Assembly: GCA_964106645.2 (NCBI GenBank)
Contig: OZ067039.1
DNA from: Podarcis pityusensis
Taxonomy: Eukaryota
Reading direction: 5' to 3' (one strand)
Length of the DNA stretch: 64,000 bases
The notes beneath the pieces were generated by a model. The model searched no databases. It saw only the letters and a list, made by a program, of their open reading frames with translations, and had not been told where the DNA came from. This document shows, piece by piece, positions 1 through 10,329 of this stretch (within the stretch, counting starts at the first letter, position 1; the number at the start of each line of letters is the position of its first letter). Position numbers and translations under genes: made by a program.

Positions 1-2276
1 TTGCACACCATTTTTCTGGGTCCTTCCTCTCTCCTGCAAGTGAGGGGAGCACCCTGTTGCAACAGTTCAATAAAGGCCAAGCCTACAGGCTGCTGTTTTG
101 CTCCAAGTTATCCTGGTTGGTGTCTTTGTTTTTGTCCAAGGGAGCCCTTGGATTTTTCCGTTAACACTGTCTCTCTCCTAACAAAAGTCTTTCTCATTCT
201 CTCTTTCAGTTAGTGAGAGTACTGACCTGCCTGTCCAATGCCTTATCTTGATGGCTTATAAGGAAAGCCCACCACCCTTATTACTGTACTTTCTTATGCT
301 GCAGTCTTACCCAAAGCCCACATCCCTTCTCATGACATAACACATTCCTAAACACACTTAACTTCTTAAAGGACACTTGAAGGAGTAATAATAACTACAC
401 AGGTTTAGGTTTCTCTGCAGTCCTTGCATAGCCTACAATTGCCATGCAAATGTTGGGACCTTTGCAAAAATGCTTAAGCCATCATGGCTTCTCACTTTGT
501 CATACAGAGTCCCAGGACTGGTACACACCAGGGCAAGCTGGGGATGGGGAAGAAGAGATTGGTGTAGGAAGTACTCACAGAGTGACAGAGGATGGTGAGG
601 CGATGGGACACAAGAACCAGAGCAGCAGGGCCCATCTCCAGGGACAGAGAAGCCCCTGTCTCCTCAAACACAGCAGGCTCTGAGGCATAGGGAGCAGAAA
701 GCTGTCCAGGTGGGGCTCGCTAGCTCTGAGGGGAGGCGTGTGATTCCTTAGCTGGAGTAGGCTGAGAACAGGTGAGGCTCACTTGCCTCATCAAGCCCAC
801 ATGCTGCAATCAGCATGCAGAGTACACAAGGGCAGCGGAGCTGAGGTGCTGTGTCTGCTCAACTTCTTGGATACTTCAGGATCTCTGAGGGACTGTGCTT
901 TGGTTTGGACTTTGGCCATGTGGATTGACTCCGGACATACCTGTTGTACTGTCTTGCTGCCAGGTAGGCCAGGGATTTGGGACAGGTGTGCAGGTGATTC
1001 AACCAGGATTCACCACAGCACCAGAATGCTGCAGTTGCTTACACAGTCCTAATTTGCTCAGAAGTTTGAAACACTTAAGAAAAAGGGAAGCTTGTGTATC
1101 CTTGAACTCAAAAGCTTATATGTCCCTGGTCCCCAAAACAAACATTGGCATACCTCATATCATACACCTGTGCAATTGCAACAATAATAGTCACATACTA
1201 TAGTCTATATATATACACACACAACCCTATAGTTTGTTGTATTATTGATTTGGTGTTTTCTTTTGCCCTCAGGCTTCCCTTGCATGCAATACATAAATTC
1301 AAAGACTTCTGTGCTTAAAATGCTGCAGTTTTGTGTGTTTACTCTAATAAATTTGGTACCTGACCAGGAAAAAACGTCCAAGCAGCGATACTGATGTAGA
1401 ATAGAGTGTCCCCATTTGCACCTGAGGAATGTTGGAGGTTGAGGCCTGGCACCAAGTATCTGAGGATTAAGTTGTCAGATACCACTCTCTCCTTGTTGTA
1501 AGATCTCTTTCGCATTTCCGTTACGGGGGCCAGGCTTCTGTCATACTCATGGGCTAAGTCCAACTGCAATCACAATTGCAAATAAGGACCCTCCGGCGTA
1601 GAAGTTCCTGAGTGGGGTTTGAAGAGGAGCTTAGTGATGGTGCAGAGGCAGACATACAGTAGGTGGCAGGTGGATAATGGGAAGTCAGGGATAGTGCAAT
1701 TTAAGATGTTCCACGTGCAGAAACAAAGGTTCATGAGATAGACTGGACATCTAAGGAATTAATAATGTGAAGGGCATTGTAAAAAGTACTCTTTCCCAAC
1801 GCTCCGTACAAATGGTAATAATGAGGGTGAGTAAGTTAAGGCTTAATGTGATCATTCTATGGGTACCTCCAGAGTCCAGGCTGTCACTATTTTGCAGGAG
1901 GGATTCAAGTGCATAGGATTTAGCTTGGAAGTAGGCAATACACCTTATTTGAAACTTGTATTAGTATTGATATTTTTGCCTCCCTGGGCACCTTGAAGTG
2001 AATGCAACACTGGAATTTAGGTTTGCAGAATGAAAGTGAATTAAAGCACTCTATTTCCCTAGCACAATGAATTGACCTAAAAAGCAAAGGCTAGTGTGAG
2101 GTGAACTAATTTATTTAGTTTGTGATCTTTGTTACAGGTTCAGATTGCCCAACGGAGTGTAATGTCAAATGGAAATGTACACTGTTTCAAAAATTACTCT
2201 TTTCAAGCTTTATGGAGATATTTTCATAAATATCAAGGGAAAACAATAAAGGGAAAACAGGAGCCTTGCTTGATAT

Positions 2277-3497
2277 TTTATTGTGCGTTTTGTCACTGAA
2301 ACATTTTCATTCTCAACTTAATATATAAAAGGCACATAAGAAAACCATATCAGTTTAAATATAGTATTAATTTAATTGTAATACAAACATGTATAAAATA
2401 ATTATTTAGTACCAAATTAGTAACAGTGTCAATAATATAACTAAAAAGAATACAATATGTAACTTTAACTATAACTTTAAATATTAAATAATGGCCACAA
2501 CTTAAAAGTCTTATTGTTACTGATTTCAATAAAATATTTCTCTCTAGATGTGCTCAGCATTATTGCATCACTTAATCACAGGTTTGTTTTCCAATGTTGA
2601 TCGGAAAATACTTAGAATATGCAACATTAAATATGTTAAATAGAACAGAAATAAATAAGTTCAACCCAATGGCATGAAACTGCTAAGAGGCAATAAACAC
2701 TATTTCAGTGCTTTCACACACCCCTCCATCTTTATGAATGGATGGATAGATGCAGACAACCATTTTACAACACATCTGACCAAGATTTATGCTGACATTT
2801 TCTGTACAACTTGACAGAACAATCCAGACAGCAGTGACATACACACATGCACCATGTTAAATTACTGCTTGGTCATCAGTTGCAGCTTTATACTAAAAAC
2901 AACACAGAATAGCAAATAACAAAGAATAAGAAATAAAATAAAAATTTGATTGCCCTTAGATGCTAAGGCATGGCCATACAATGGGAAAATTCTCCATTAG
3001 AACAACCCAATTTAGGGACAACTGTTTCTTCATGGTTCAGTGGCTTTTGTTGGTTTTAGGAGATGTCAGAGATCTTTGCCCTTTCTACACTCCAGCCCTC
3101 ACACCCAAAATTCCAGGGAACTGTAGTTTACCCATTACAGAGCTTTAATTCCCAGCCCCCCTAACAAACTGCAGTTCCCACGGTTCTTTGGTGGAAAGCC
3201 ATGTGCTTTAACTGTGCTATAAGTGAATGGTCTGGATGTGACTCCAGTCCTCAAATCTTTGCGCAAAACATCAACCTCCAAATACATATGGCGACGCTCA
3301 AGGGGTCTCTGAGCTCGCTGCTGTGGGTTAGATTGCATTATTATTGATTTATATTTCCTGGCTTAATAAATTAATTGTTGCATTTCCCTATTTGATGGCA
3401 TACATTAAGAATAACAAACATGAATGAGTTGTTGGTTTCCAGAACAATGTCGGATGCCATGGTTTCTTATTGGGGGGAAAAGAGATCCTCCCAGTTC
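2277..3497 (-). promoter_or_regulatory. Cytokine 3'UTR with AU-rich elements and polyA signal
   Basis: About 7 ATTTA pentamers including TTATTTATT (2658-2650) and TTATTTAAT (~2512-2504); AATAAA at 2282-2277 followed by a U-rich tract. Confidence 0.6.
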
Positions 3498-3617
3498 TTA
3501 TGATGTACACTTTTTCTTGTCCATGTAGCAGACATATAAACTTCTGACGTAGTCCAATAGAGCTGGACAGAATTCCTTCATCGGCCTGCTACCAATGTTT
3601 GGCAAAGTGCAGTTAGT
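3498..3617 (-). CDS. IL-4/13-like cytokine exon 4 (helix D, stop)
   Basis: Acceptor cttcttttaaag|; xxC...(M)KEF..L pattern resembles IL-4 SCPV...LENFLERL...KCSS; TAA stop at 3500-3498. Confidence 0.85.
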   Translation of the reverse strand, partial: TNCTLPNIGSRPMKEFCPALLDYVRSLYVCYMDKKKCTS

Positions 3618-6600
3618 CTTTAAAAGAAGATGGGGGGGGGGGAGGAGAGTTAAATTGACCATACAGTTCCAACAGTACAATGCTAATAAAATGGTAATTA
3701 GGAGGAGGAGGCCTGAGCTTATTTTGGCCCATTGAAAAGATTTATATTTTATTGCTTTTCCTGACAGTTGATTAGAGCTGACCTCTTAGGTAAAGTAAGT
3801 TAAAGCAATTTGTAAATACATTTGTAAAAATATACCCCAACCCACCGAGAATCCCTTCTGAACGTTTAAAAAAGGGGGCGCAAACTATTTCACTACTATG
3901 TCTCACTAGGGAGAAATATATATGTTTACAAAAAATACTCACATGGTCTTCATACAGAGAGTCGGGTGGAAGCATATTTGATACACTGCTGTTGCAAGCA
4001 CTTTGAGAGACATTTTTCAGAGCCTCGTTGACTTGGCAAAATACTCTGCCATAAGTTTTGCACTGTTGAAAAAAAGGTTTAAAATTGAATGCAGCATGAC
4101 CGCTTCAACGCAGTTTGAATGCAAGGTTCATTCGCGTTTTTTTCATTTGAGGTGATACTTTTTTATTTATCTGTTTAGGAGGAAAATGTTCTCTAGAATT
4201 TATATGTACAGTCATTCCTCGGGTTGAATGTGCTTCAGGTTGAGCACTTTCGGGTTGCGCTCCACGGCAACCCGGAAGTAACAGAGCACGTCACTTCCGG
4301 GTTTTGCCACTTGCGCATGTGCAGACGCTCAAAATGACGTCATGCGCATGTGCAGAAGCGGCAAAACATGACCCGCACACGCGCAGACACGCCATCGCAT
4401 CTTACATTCCATTCAGGATGTGAACGGGGCTCCGGAATGGATCCCGTTCGCATCCCAAGGTACTACTGTATGTTGATCTGACAGAATGGTGCATGTTACT
4501 CATTATCGGTCCATATAATAATGCTATAGCAGATCTATTCCTGATGCTTTTCCCTAGGCAAGCCAGTTGCATTGTATACACATTTTCAATTATGCTGTGT
4601 ATATTTTAATCTGGTTTTTGAAGTGCAATACAGTGGTGCCCCGCAAGACGAATGCCTCGCAAGACGAAAAACCCGCTAGACGAAAGGGTTTTCCGTTTTT
4701 TGATGCGCTTCGCAAGACGAATTTCCCTATGGGCTTGCTTTGCTAGAGGAAAAAGTCTTGCGAGTCTTGCGTTTTTTTCCGCTCCCCCCTTTTCTAAGCC
4801 GCAAAGCCGCTAATAGCCTTTTAGCCGCTAAGCCGCTAAGCCTTTAATAGCCGCTAAACTGCTAATAGCGCTAAGCCGCTAAGCCGCTAATAGGGTTGCT
4901 TCGCAAGACGAAAAAACCACTAGACAAAGAGACTCGCGGAATGGATTAATTTCGTCTTGCAAGGCACCACTGTAGTGCTGTTCAGAAAAAGCATGTTCCC
5001 TTCTAGCAGGTTGCCAGCCAGAGACATGACATAATAACTATGCAGGTGCCGCTGCAACCCCAAAACTTTGAGCGTCCTCCGGTTAGTGCAGCTCTGGAAA
5101 AGACATTCCCCTTCTTCTCCAGTGCGCTTCAGCGACATATATCAAATGATACATGTACACTAATCTTCTAGTAAAACACAGCAAGAAGCGTGAGACATCG
5201 TAGAGCTAATCTATGTATTTATTTACACACTATGTACAGACAAAGGAGTCATGGCGTCCTCTCTCTCCAGCTCTGAGAGAAAAAACAGGCAGAAGTAAAA
5301 GCAAAAGTACAGTGGTACCTCAGGTTAAGAACTTAATTCATTCTGGAGGTCCGTTCTTAACCTCAAACTGTTCTTAACCTGAGGTACCATTTTAGCTAAT
5401 GGGGCCTCCCGCTGCCGCTGCTGCACGATTTCTGTTCTCATTCTGAAGCAAAGTTCTTAACCCGAGGTACTATTTCTGGGTTAGCGGAGTCTGTAACCTG
5501 AAGCGTATGTAACCTGAAGTGCCTGTAACCCAAGGTACCACTGTACAGTACAGTAAGTATATACAGCGGAAGAGATAAGACTGTCTTCCATTCCCACATT
5601 CTTCCTAGACAGGCATGTGATTTACACCAATCTCTTCTGCAGCATCGGAGGCGTGAAATACTAACAAGATGAACACCTGGAGTCTTTAAGATTGAAGACT
5701 CCTTAGAAAAAGCCCCAGTGAGTTCCATATGACTTACTCCAAGGCAAGAATGTATGACAGCAATAGGCTGCAATTCTTATCTGGGAGTAAACTCCAGTAC
5801 TTAAGTAAGATTAACTTCTGAATAGACATGGTTAGCATTGTGGCACTTGTCTCCTAACGAATGACTTCCTTGTACTCCAGACTGAGAAAGGCTTCAAGTT
5901 TTAAACAGAAGGCCTCAATACTTGCAGAAGCAAGGCTCCTTTTCCACATACCCCTGGTTGGTCATAAGAAGGCATTGCATAGCTTATAGATTTCTGCCTC
6001 CACATTTTTCTTAGTGGTTTAAAGTTCTATGAACCTGAACCATATCACGTATTGTGAAGAGACCTGCCTGAATCAAATGAAGTAGCAGGCTGAGAAGCGG
6101 CACACCCAAAAACTTTTATAACTGAGGGAAGCAGAAAACTAAGTAAAAAGTAATGTATTGATTTAATGCTGCAATTTCCCCAAAAATGTAATCTAGCATT
6201 GTAGGTCACCCCAACAAATCTCCTGTACTGAGAAATTGTATGGTAATTTCCAACTATGGAGAATGTTTTCAGTGGAATTCCATTTTTGTGATGTGTTTTT
6301 CATTTAGTGTCCCTTCCATTGACCTGCCATTGCAACAAACACTGTGACTGCTTAGACAGTAATCTGTAGAGAAGTTCTCAAATAAAGTGTACAAGTTGTG
6401 AGACTCCTATGAAGGTTCTCAATGTCCAAATATAGCATTTCAAAATAATGAAGGAAGAATGGCTTGATGCCAGCTGTGGACACTCCTCAATAAATTAGCC
6501 ATGGCTGATGTTTGAAAATTACGGAAGATTTTCTAAGTGTCCATTATGTCAAGGACATAAACATTTTGCTTACCGTTCGCTCAGCATTAGGTTCAAAGCG

Positions 6601-8214
6601 AATCTTTCTTATTTCTTCATTACCACAAGATGATTTCTGAAAAACAAAAGGCAATAAATCGGTTAAGGAAGGAAACTTTGCCAAGCGAGTCCTGACTTTC
6701 TGGCTAAACCTTGGGCAACTGCCTCCTGCTCCCGCCCTCATTTCCATTTTAGAGGAAAGAAGCAGGAGAAGTGCATGCTGGTCTTCTTGACAGCCTTCAA
6801 ACATGGACTAGGCTGATTCAATGAGAAAGAGCGTCTCAGTGGCTGCAATAATTCAACATGAAGCCTCTACCTGCAAAGGCAGGGTATGCTTAGTTGCCAG
6901 ATGCTGGGGACAGCCAACCTGGGATGGCAATTGCCACCATCAGGGCTCATTTGTAGACTTGCCAAAGATATGAGGATGGACGTTGCTGTGAAAAGGATGT
7001 TCTGCAAAGAACTCCAGGGAAAACATTTTTTTTTTAAAAAAAAAAAACAACAACAACCCTCATGCTGTAAACTTTGCAAGCTGAACTGAGTGAGAGGAAC
7101 ACTTTTGTCCTCGTAAAGATGAAACAATCTTTTGAAAACAATCTTCTACAGGCAACCTGTTCCTGTATATTTCATGCACAGAAGCCTACCAGCATAAGGA
7201 AACATGGTTAAAGGGGTAATAGGTGGATTTGTATCATGTGTATTGTGCCAATTGCTCTAAGATACACAGGGAACGCTATGCAGCCATGGACCTCAGCATC
7301 ATATCTCTGGATTGTGGTCCCTGGGCAGAGCAGGATGTGTGACCTGTAATTTCAGTTCTAGATTTTACAAAGAAAGGAGATTACTCTGAGGTTTCCTTGT
7401 TGTCTCATTGTTCTGAGAGCATTCACAAAATCACCATTACCAGTTTCTGCTTATATTAATATTTATGATTCTAGATTAGATACTAGCCTGGTCTACTTAT
7501 AGCAACTAGCAAATATCTTAAGCTCTTAGCAGCATAATTTTTATCTTGAAAATGTACACAGTTATTTATTCATTACATTTTCCACCCCACCTTTCTGCAA
7601 GGAGCTCAAGGTGGCATACATCACTGAATAAAAGTTCTGATGTGGCTCAGGATTATAAAGTATTGAAGATTTTGTCTAGTAGCTGCACATTAACAAGATA
7701 ATAATGTATTGCCTTTTAAAAGTAGGAACGTTTTAAAGATTCATTTTGATTATTTCAGTTCTGCAACATGTAAAATACCAAACTGGGTATCATTGTCAAC
7801 ATGTCATGCCTGCATATTAAGTAAAGCAATACGTCCTGTTGAACTATTTCTGCTGTGTAAGAAAGTGCTTACTTTTTATTCTTAGAGAGACAGCACATTC
7901 TGAGAGAGAAAGTAACAACATCTGGCTTCCATAAGTTCATTCAGTAATAAATCTTTCCTCCTTGCCTTCTTTGCAATTGTTAAACAAGCAATAAATTGGC
8001 TGCAAAACATAATAAAAATTTTTTTGTTATGTACCTCCAGGTTCTCGCATTCCGTAATGAGCCGTTTCTGTAATATTGTTAGTTTTCTTTGAAATCTGCA
8101 CTTGTCCGTTTTCTGTACCTCTCTTTTGAACTTGCCTAGTTGTTTTAACGGAGTAGTAGAGATAATTTCTACCAGCAAACAGATTGCCAGGATTGCTTTC
8201 AGAAACACAGCCAT
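3498..8214 (-). CDS. IL-4/IL-13-family short-chain four-helix cytokine (IL13 syntenic position), 4 exons: 8214-8035, 6636-6574, 4062-3943, 3617-3498; 160 aa
   Basis: Manual splice assembly. All three introns are GT-AG and phase 0, and the frame is open throughout: MAVFLKAILAICLLVEIISTTPLKQLGKFKREVQKTDKCRFQRKLTILQKRLITECENLE|KSSCGNEEIRKIRFEPNAERT|CKTYGRVFCQVNEALKNVSQSACNSSVSNMLPPDSLYEDH|TNCTLPNIGSRPMKEFCPALLDYVRSLYVCYMDKKKCTS*. Hydrophobic signal peptide, TATA box upstream, and FCQVNEALKNVS resembles IL-13 YCAALESLINVS and IL-4 FCRAATVL. Lies 3' of RAD50 on the same strand, as IL13 does in mammals. Confidence 0.85.
3943..4062 (-). CDS. IL-4/13-like cytokine exon 3
   Basis: Acceptor ttttttcaacag|, donor CAT|gtgagt, 120 nt, phase 0, FC-x4-L motif of IL-4/13 helix B. 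Confidence 0.85.
4209..4468. mobile_element. Tc1/mariner-type MITE (cytokine intron 2)
   Basis: TA flanks; imperfect TIR CAGT...CCT / AGG...ACTG; related copy at 22074-22293. Confidence 0.7.
4631..4972. mobile_element. Tc1/mariner-type MITE with internal AGCCGCTA repeats
   Basis: TIR CAGTGGTGCC..GCAAGACG; TA TSD; inverted sibling at 38594-39093. Confidence 0.85.
5310..5543. mobile_element. Tc1/mariner (Tigger-like) MITE, family A
   Basis: TIR CAGTGGTACCT, TA TSD; near-identical copies at 9012, 9616, 30111, 48010. Confidence 0.85.
6574..6636 (-). CDS. IL-4/13-like cytokine exon 2 (KSSCGNEEIRKIRFEPNAERT)
   Basis: Acceptor tttgtttttcag|, donor ACG|gtaagc, 63 nt, phase 0, Cys at position 4 as in IL-13 exon 2 (APLC). 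Confidence 0.8.
8035..8214 (-). CDS. IL-4/13-like cytokine exon 1 (signal peptide + helix A)
   Basis: ATG in context ACGATGG; 60 codons; donor GAG|GTACAT. Confidence 0.85.
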
Positions 8215-8280
8215 CGTCCTTTTGATTATTAGGAGCTACAGACAAGATCCTTACTGCTTGTTGCTCTTTTGCAAGCTGGA

Positions 8281-8420
8281 TATTTATATGTACAACAGGG
8301 GAAGGAGATAGGTGGTGTGGAATCCCCACTATCCGCAAAGCGCAAAACCACATCTATCTGATTATGTGGAAGATCTCTCAATGCAAAATGAGTAATTGTT
8401 GCTGCTTAATGGAAATCGCA
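8281..8420 (-). promoter_or_regulatory. Proximal promoter of the IL-4/13-like gene
   Basis: TATAAATA 8288-8281; GATA sites 8306-8311 and 8354-8359; kB/NFAT-like GGGGATTCCA 8327-8318; RUNX TGTGGTT 8352-8346; AP-1-like TGAGTAA 8389-8395; NFAT TGGAAA 8410-8415. Confidence 0.75.
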
Positions 8421-8901
8421 GAGACATCACCTTGCCACCAAAGGTCTGTATAGTTAAAGCCATGGTTTTCCCAGTAGTGATGTATGGAAGTGAGAGCTGG
8501 ACCATAAAGAAGACTGATCGCCGAAGAATTGATGCTTTTGAATTATGGTGCTGGAGGAGACTCTTGAGAGTCCCACGGAATGCAAGAAGATCAAACGTAT
8601 CCATTCTTAAGGAAATCAGCCCTGAGTGCTCACTGGAAGGACAGATTGTGAAGTTGAGGCTCCAATACTTTGGCCACCTCATGAGAAGAGAAGACTCCCT
8701 GGAAAAGACCCTGATGTTGGGAAAGATGGAGGGCACAAGGAGAAGGGGACGACAGAGGACGAGATGGTTGGACAGTGTTCTCGAAGCTACAAACATGAGC
8801 CTGACCAAACTGCGGGAGGCAGTGGAAGACAGAAGTGCCTGGTGTGCTCTGGTCCATGGGGTCACGAAGAGTCGGACACGACTAAACGACTAAACAACAA
8901 C
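8421..8901 (+). mobile_element. RTE-BovB LINE, 5'-truncated 3' fragment
   Basis: Translation MVFPVVMYGSESWTIKK...DAFELWCWRRLLRVP...LKLQYFGHLMRR-type is BovB ORF C-terminus; (CAA)n tail; 13-bp TSD AATGGAAATCGCA at 8408-8420 and 8902-8914. Confidence 0.95.
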
Positions 8902-9011
8902 AATGGAAATCGCAAGCAGGGCTTCAATGTGAAGAAGGTTGTCTTTGCTTTGGCCATAAAGCTCTATTAGAATGTCCAGTGGGTTTCAAGGTCCAGTTCA
9001 GAGTTCTGGTA

Positions 9012-9253
9012 CAGTGTTACCTCAGGTTAAGTACTTAATTCGTTCCGGAGGTCCATTCTTAACCTGAAACTGTTCTTAACCTGAAGCACCACTTTAGCTA
9101 ATGGGGCCTCCTGCTTCTGCCGCGCCACCGGAGCCCGATTTCTGTTCTCATCCTGAAGCAAAGTTCTTAACCTGAAGCACTATTTCTGGGTTAGTGGCGT
9201 GTGTAACCTGAAGCCTATGTAACCTGAAGCGTATGTAACCCAAGGTACCACTG
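9012..9253. mobile_element. Tc1/mariner MITE, family A
   Basis: TIR and TA TSD. Confidence 0.85.
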
Positions 9254-9615
9254 TATTATCTATCAAAGCCAGGATACCCTTAAGCAGGCTCATGTGGGGC
9301 AATGAGGAGCTGGGCACACTTGCCCCAGGCCTTGGAGGGCTAAGCTGGCAGGCAGGGGAGGGGGCGCCAGGAACCAGCTGCTTTTCTGTTTGAGTTTATA
9401 AAATATCTGCATCGGAGTCCTTTTCAAAATCTACCTGCCTATTGATCTGAGGTGGGTGGTAAGGAAAGGGTCTTCTTGTTGGCAGTGGTCTAGTTATTGA
9501 ATGGCCTTCCACAAAAGGCTCACTTATGTTAGGATTTTGGTCGCAAACCTTTTGTTTTCCCAGGCCTTTTAGCAACTATTATTTTTACTGCTTCAGTTTT
9601 GACTATATATATGTA

Positions 9616-9833
9616 CAGTGGTATCTCGGGTTACAGATGCTTCAGGTTACAGACTCTGCTAACCCAGAAATAGTACCTCGGGTTAAGAAATTTGCTTCAG
9701 GATGACAACAGAAATCGCATGGTGGCGGCAGCGGGAGGCCCCATTAGCTAAAGTGGTGTCTCAGGTTAAGAACAGTTTGAGGTTAAGAACGGACCTCCAG
9801 AACGAATTAAGTTCTTAACCCAAGGTACCACTG
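9616..9833. mobile_element. Tc1/mariner MITE, family A (inverted relative to 9012 copy)
   Basis: TIR and TA TSD. Confidence 0.85.
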
Positions 9834-10329
9834 TATATGTATATATATCTTTGGGGTTTTCTTGTCTCATTGTTCTGAGAGCATTCCTGCCTTTAAATAT
9901 ATATTATTTGCTGCCCTTTTGCTGGGTTATTGATTCTATATTGCACATGGGTGTGTGTGTTAGGGGAGTGGTAGTACCTCTGGTAGGGGACATGTTGTGC
10001 TCCTTCTGAGGTAGTTTGTCCATCTTTGGTCCCCACTCTGCATTCAGCTCTCACTTGTGGCTCTTAGAAGCTGTCAGCAAGCGACACCCTTGGAAACAGC
10101 TTTGACTTGCCAACTAAACCAGGTGAAGGTAGCCGGTGGGTCTCAAACCCTCAGTGAATTAGAAATTTCCCCTGCATGCGAAGACAGGCTCTGGCAGATT
10201 GAGTAGTGGGCCCAACAGTCAAGAAGGCAGTTTCTGCACATGCTGTAGAGGGAAGTGAGGAGTAGGCTCATCAACCTGGGAAGGTAGCCCATCTAGGAGA
10301 AGGAAAACTCTGTTTCTAAACAAGGGGAG

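Noticed and set aside
1-2250. Possible IL4 exons or CNS-1 downstream of the cytokine; ORF 1339-1569; LTR-like segment ~498-1045
   Set aside because: No convincing exon, signal peptide or matching TSD, so it cannot be supported from sequence alone.
7882-8214. 110-aa single-exon reading of the cytokine ORF
   Set aside because: The portion after 8035 is read-through into intron 1. The spliced 4-exon model explains the data better.
8362-8970. Overlapping antisense and alternate-frame ORFs of 75-167 aa
   Set aside because: They are shadow frames of the BovB fragment.
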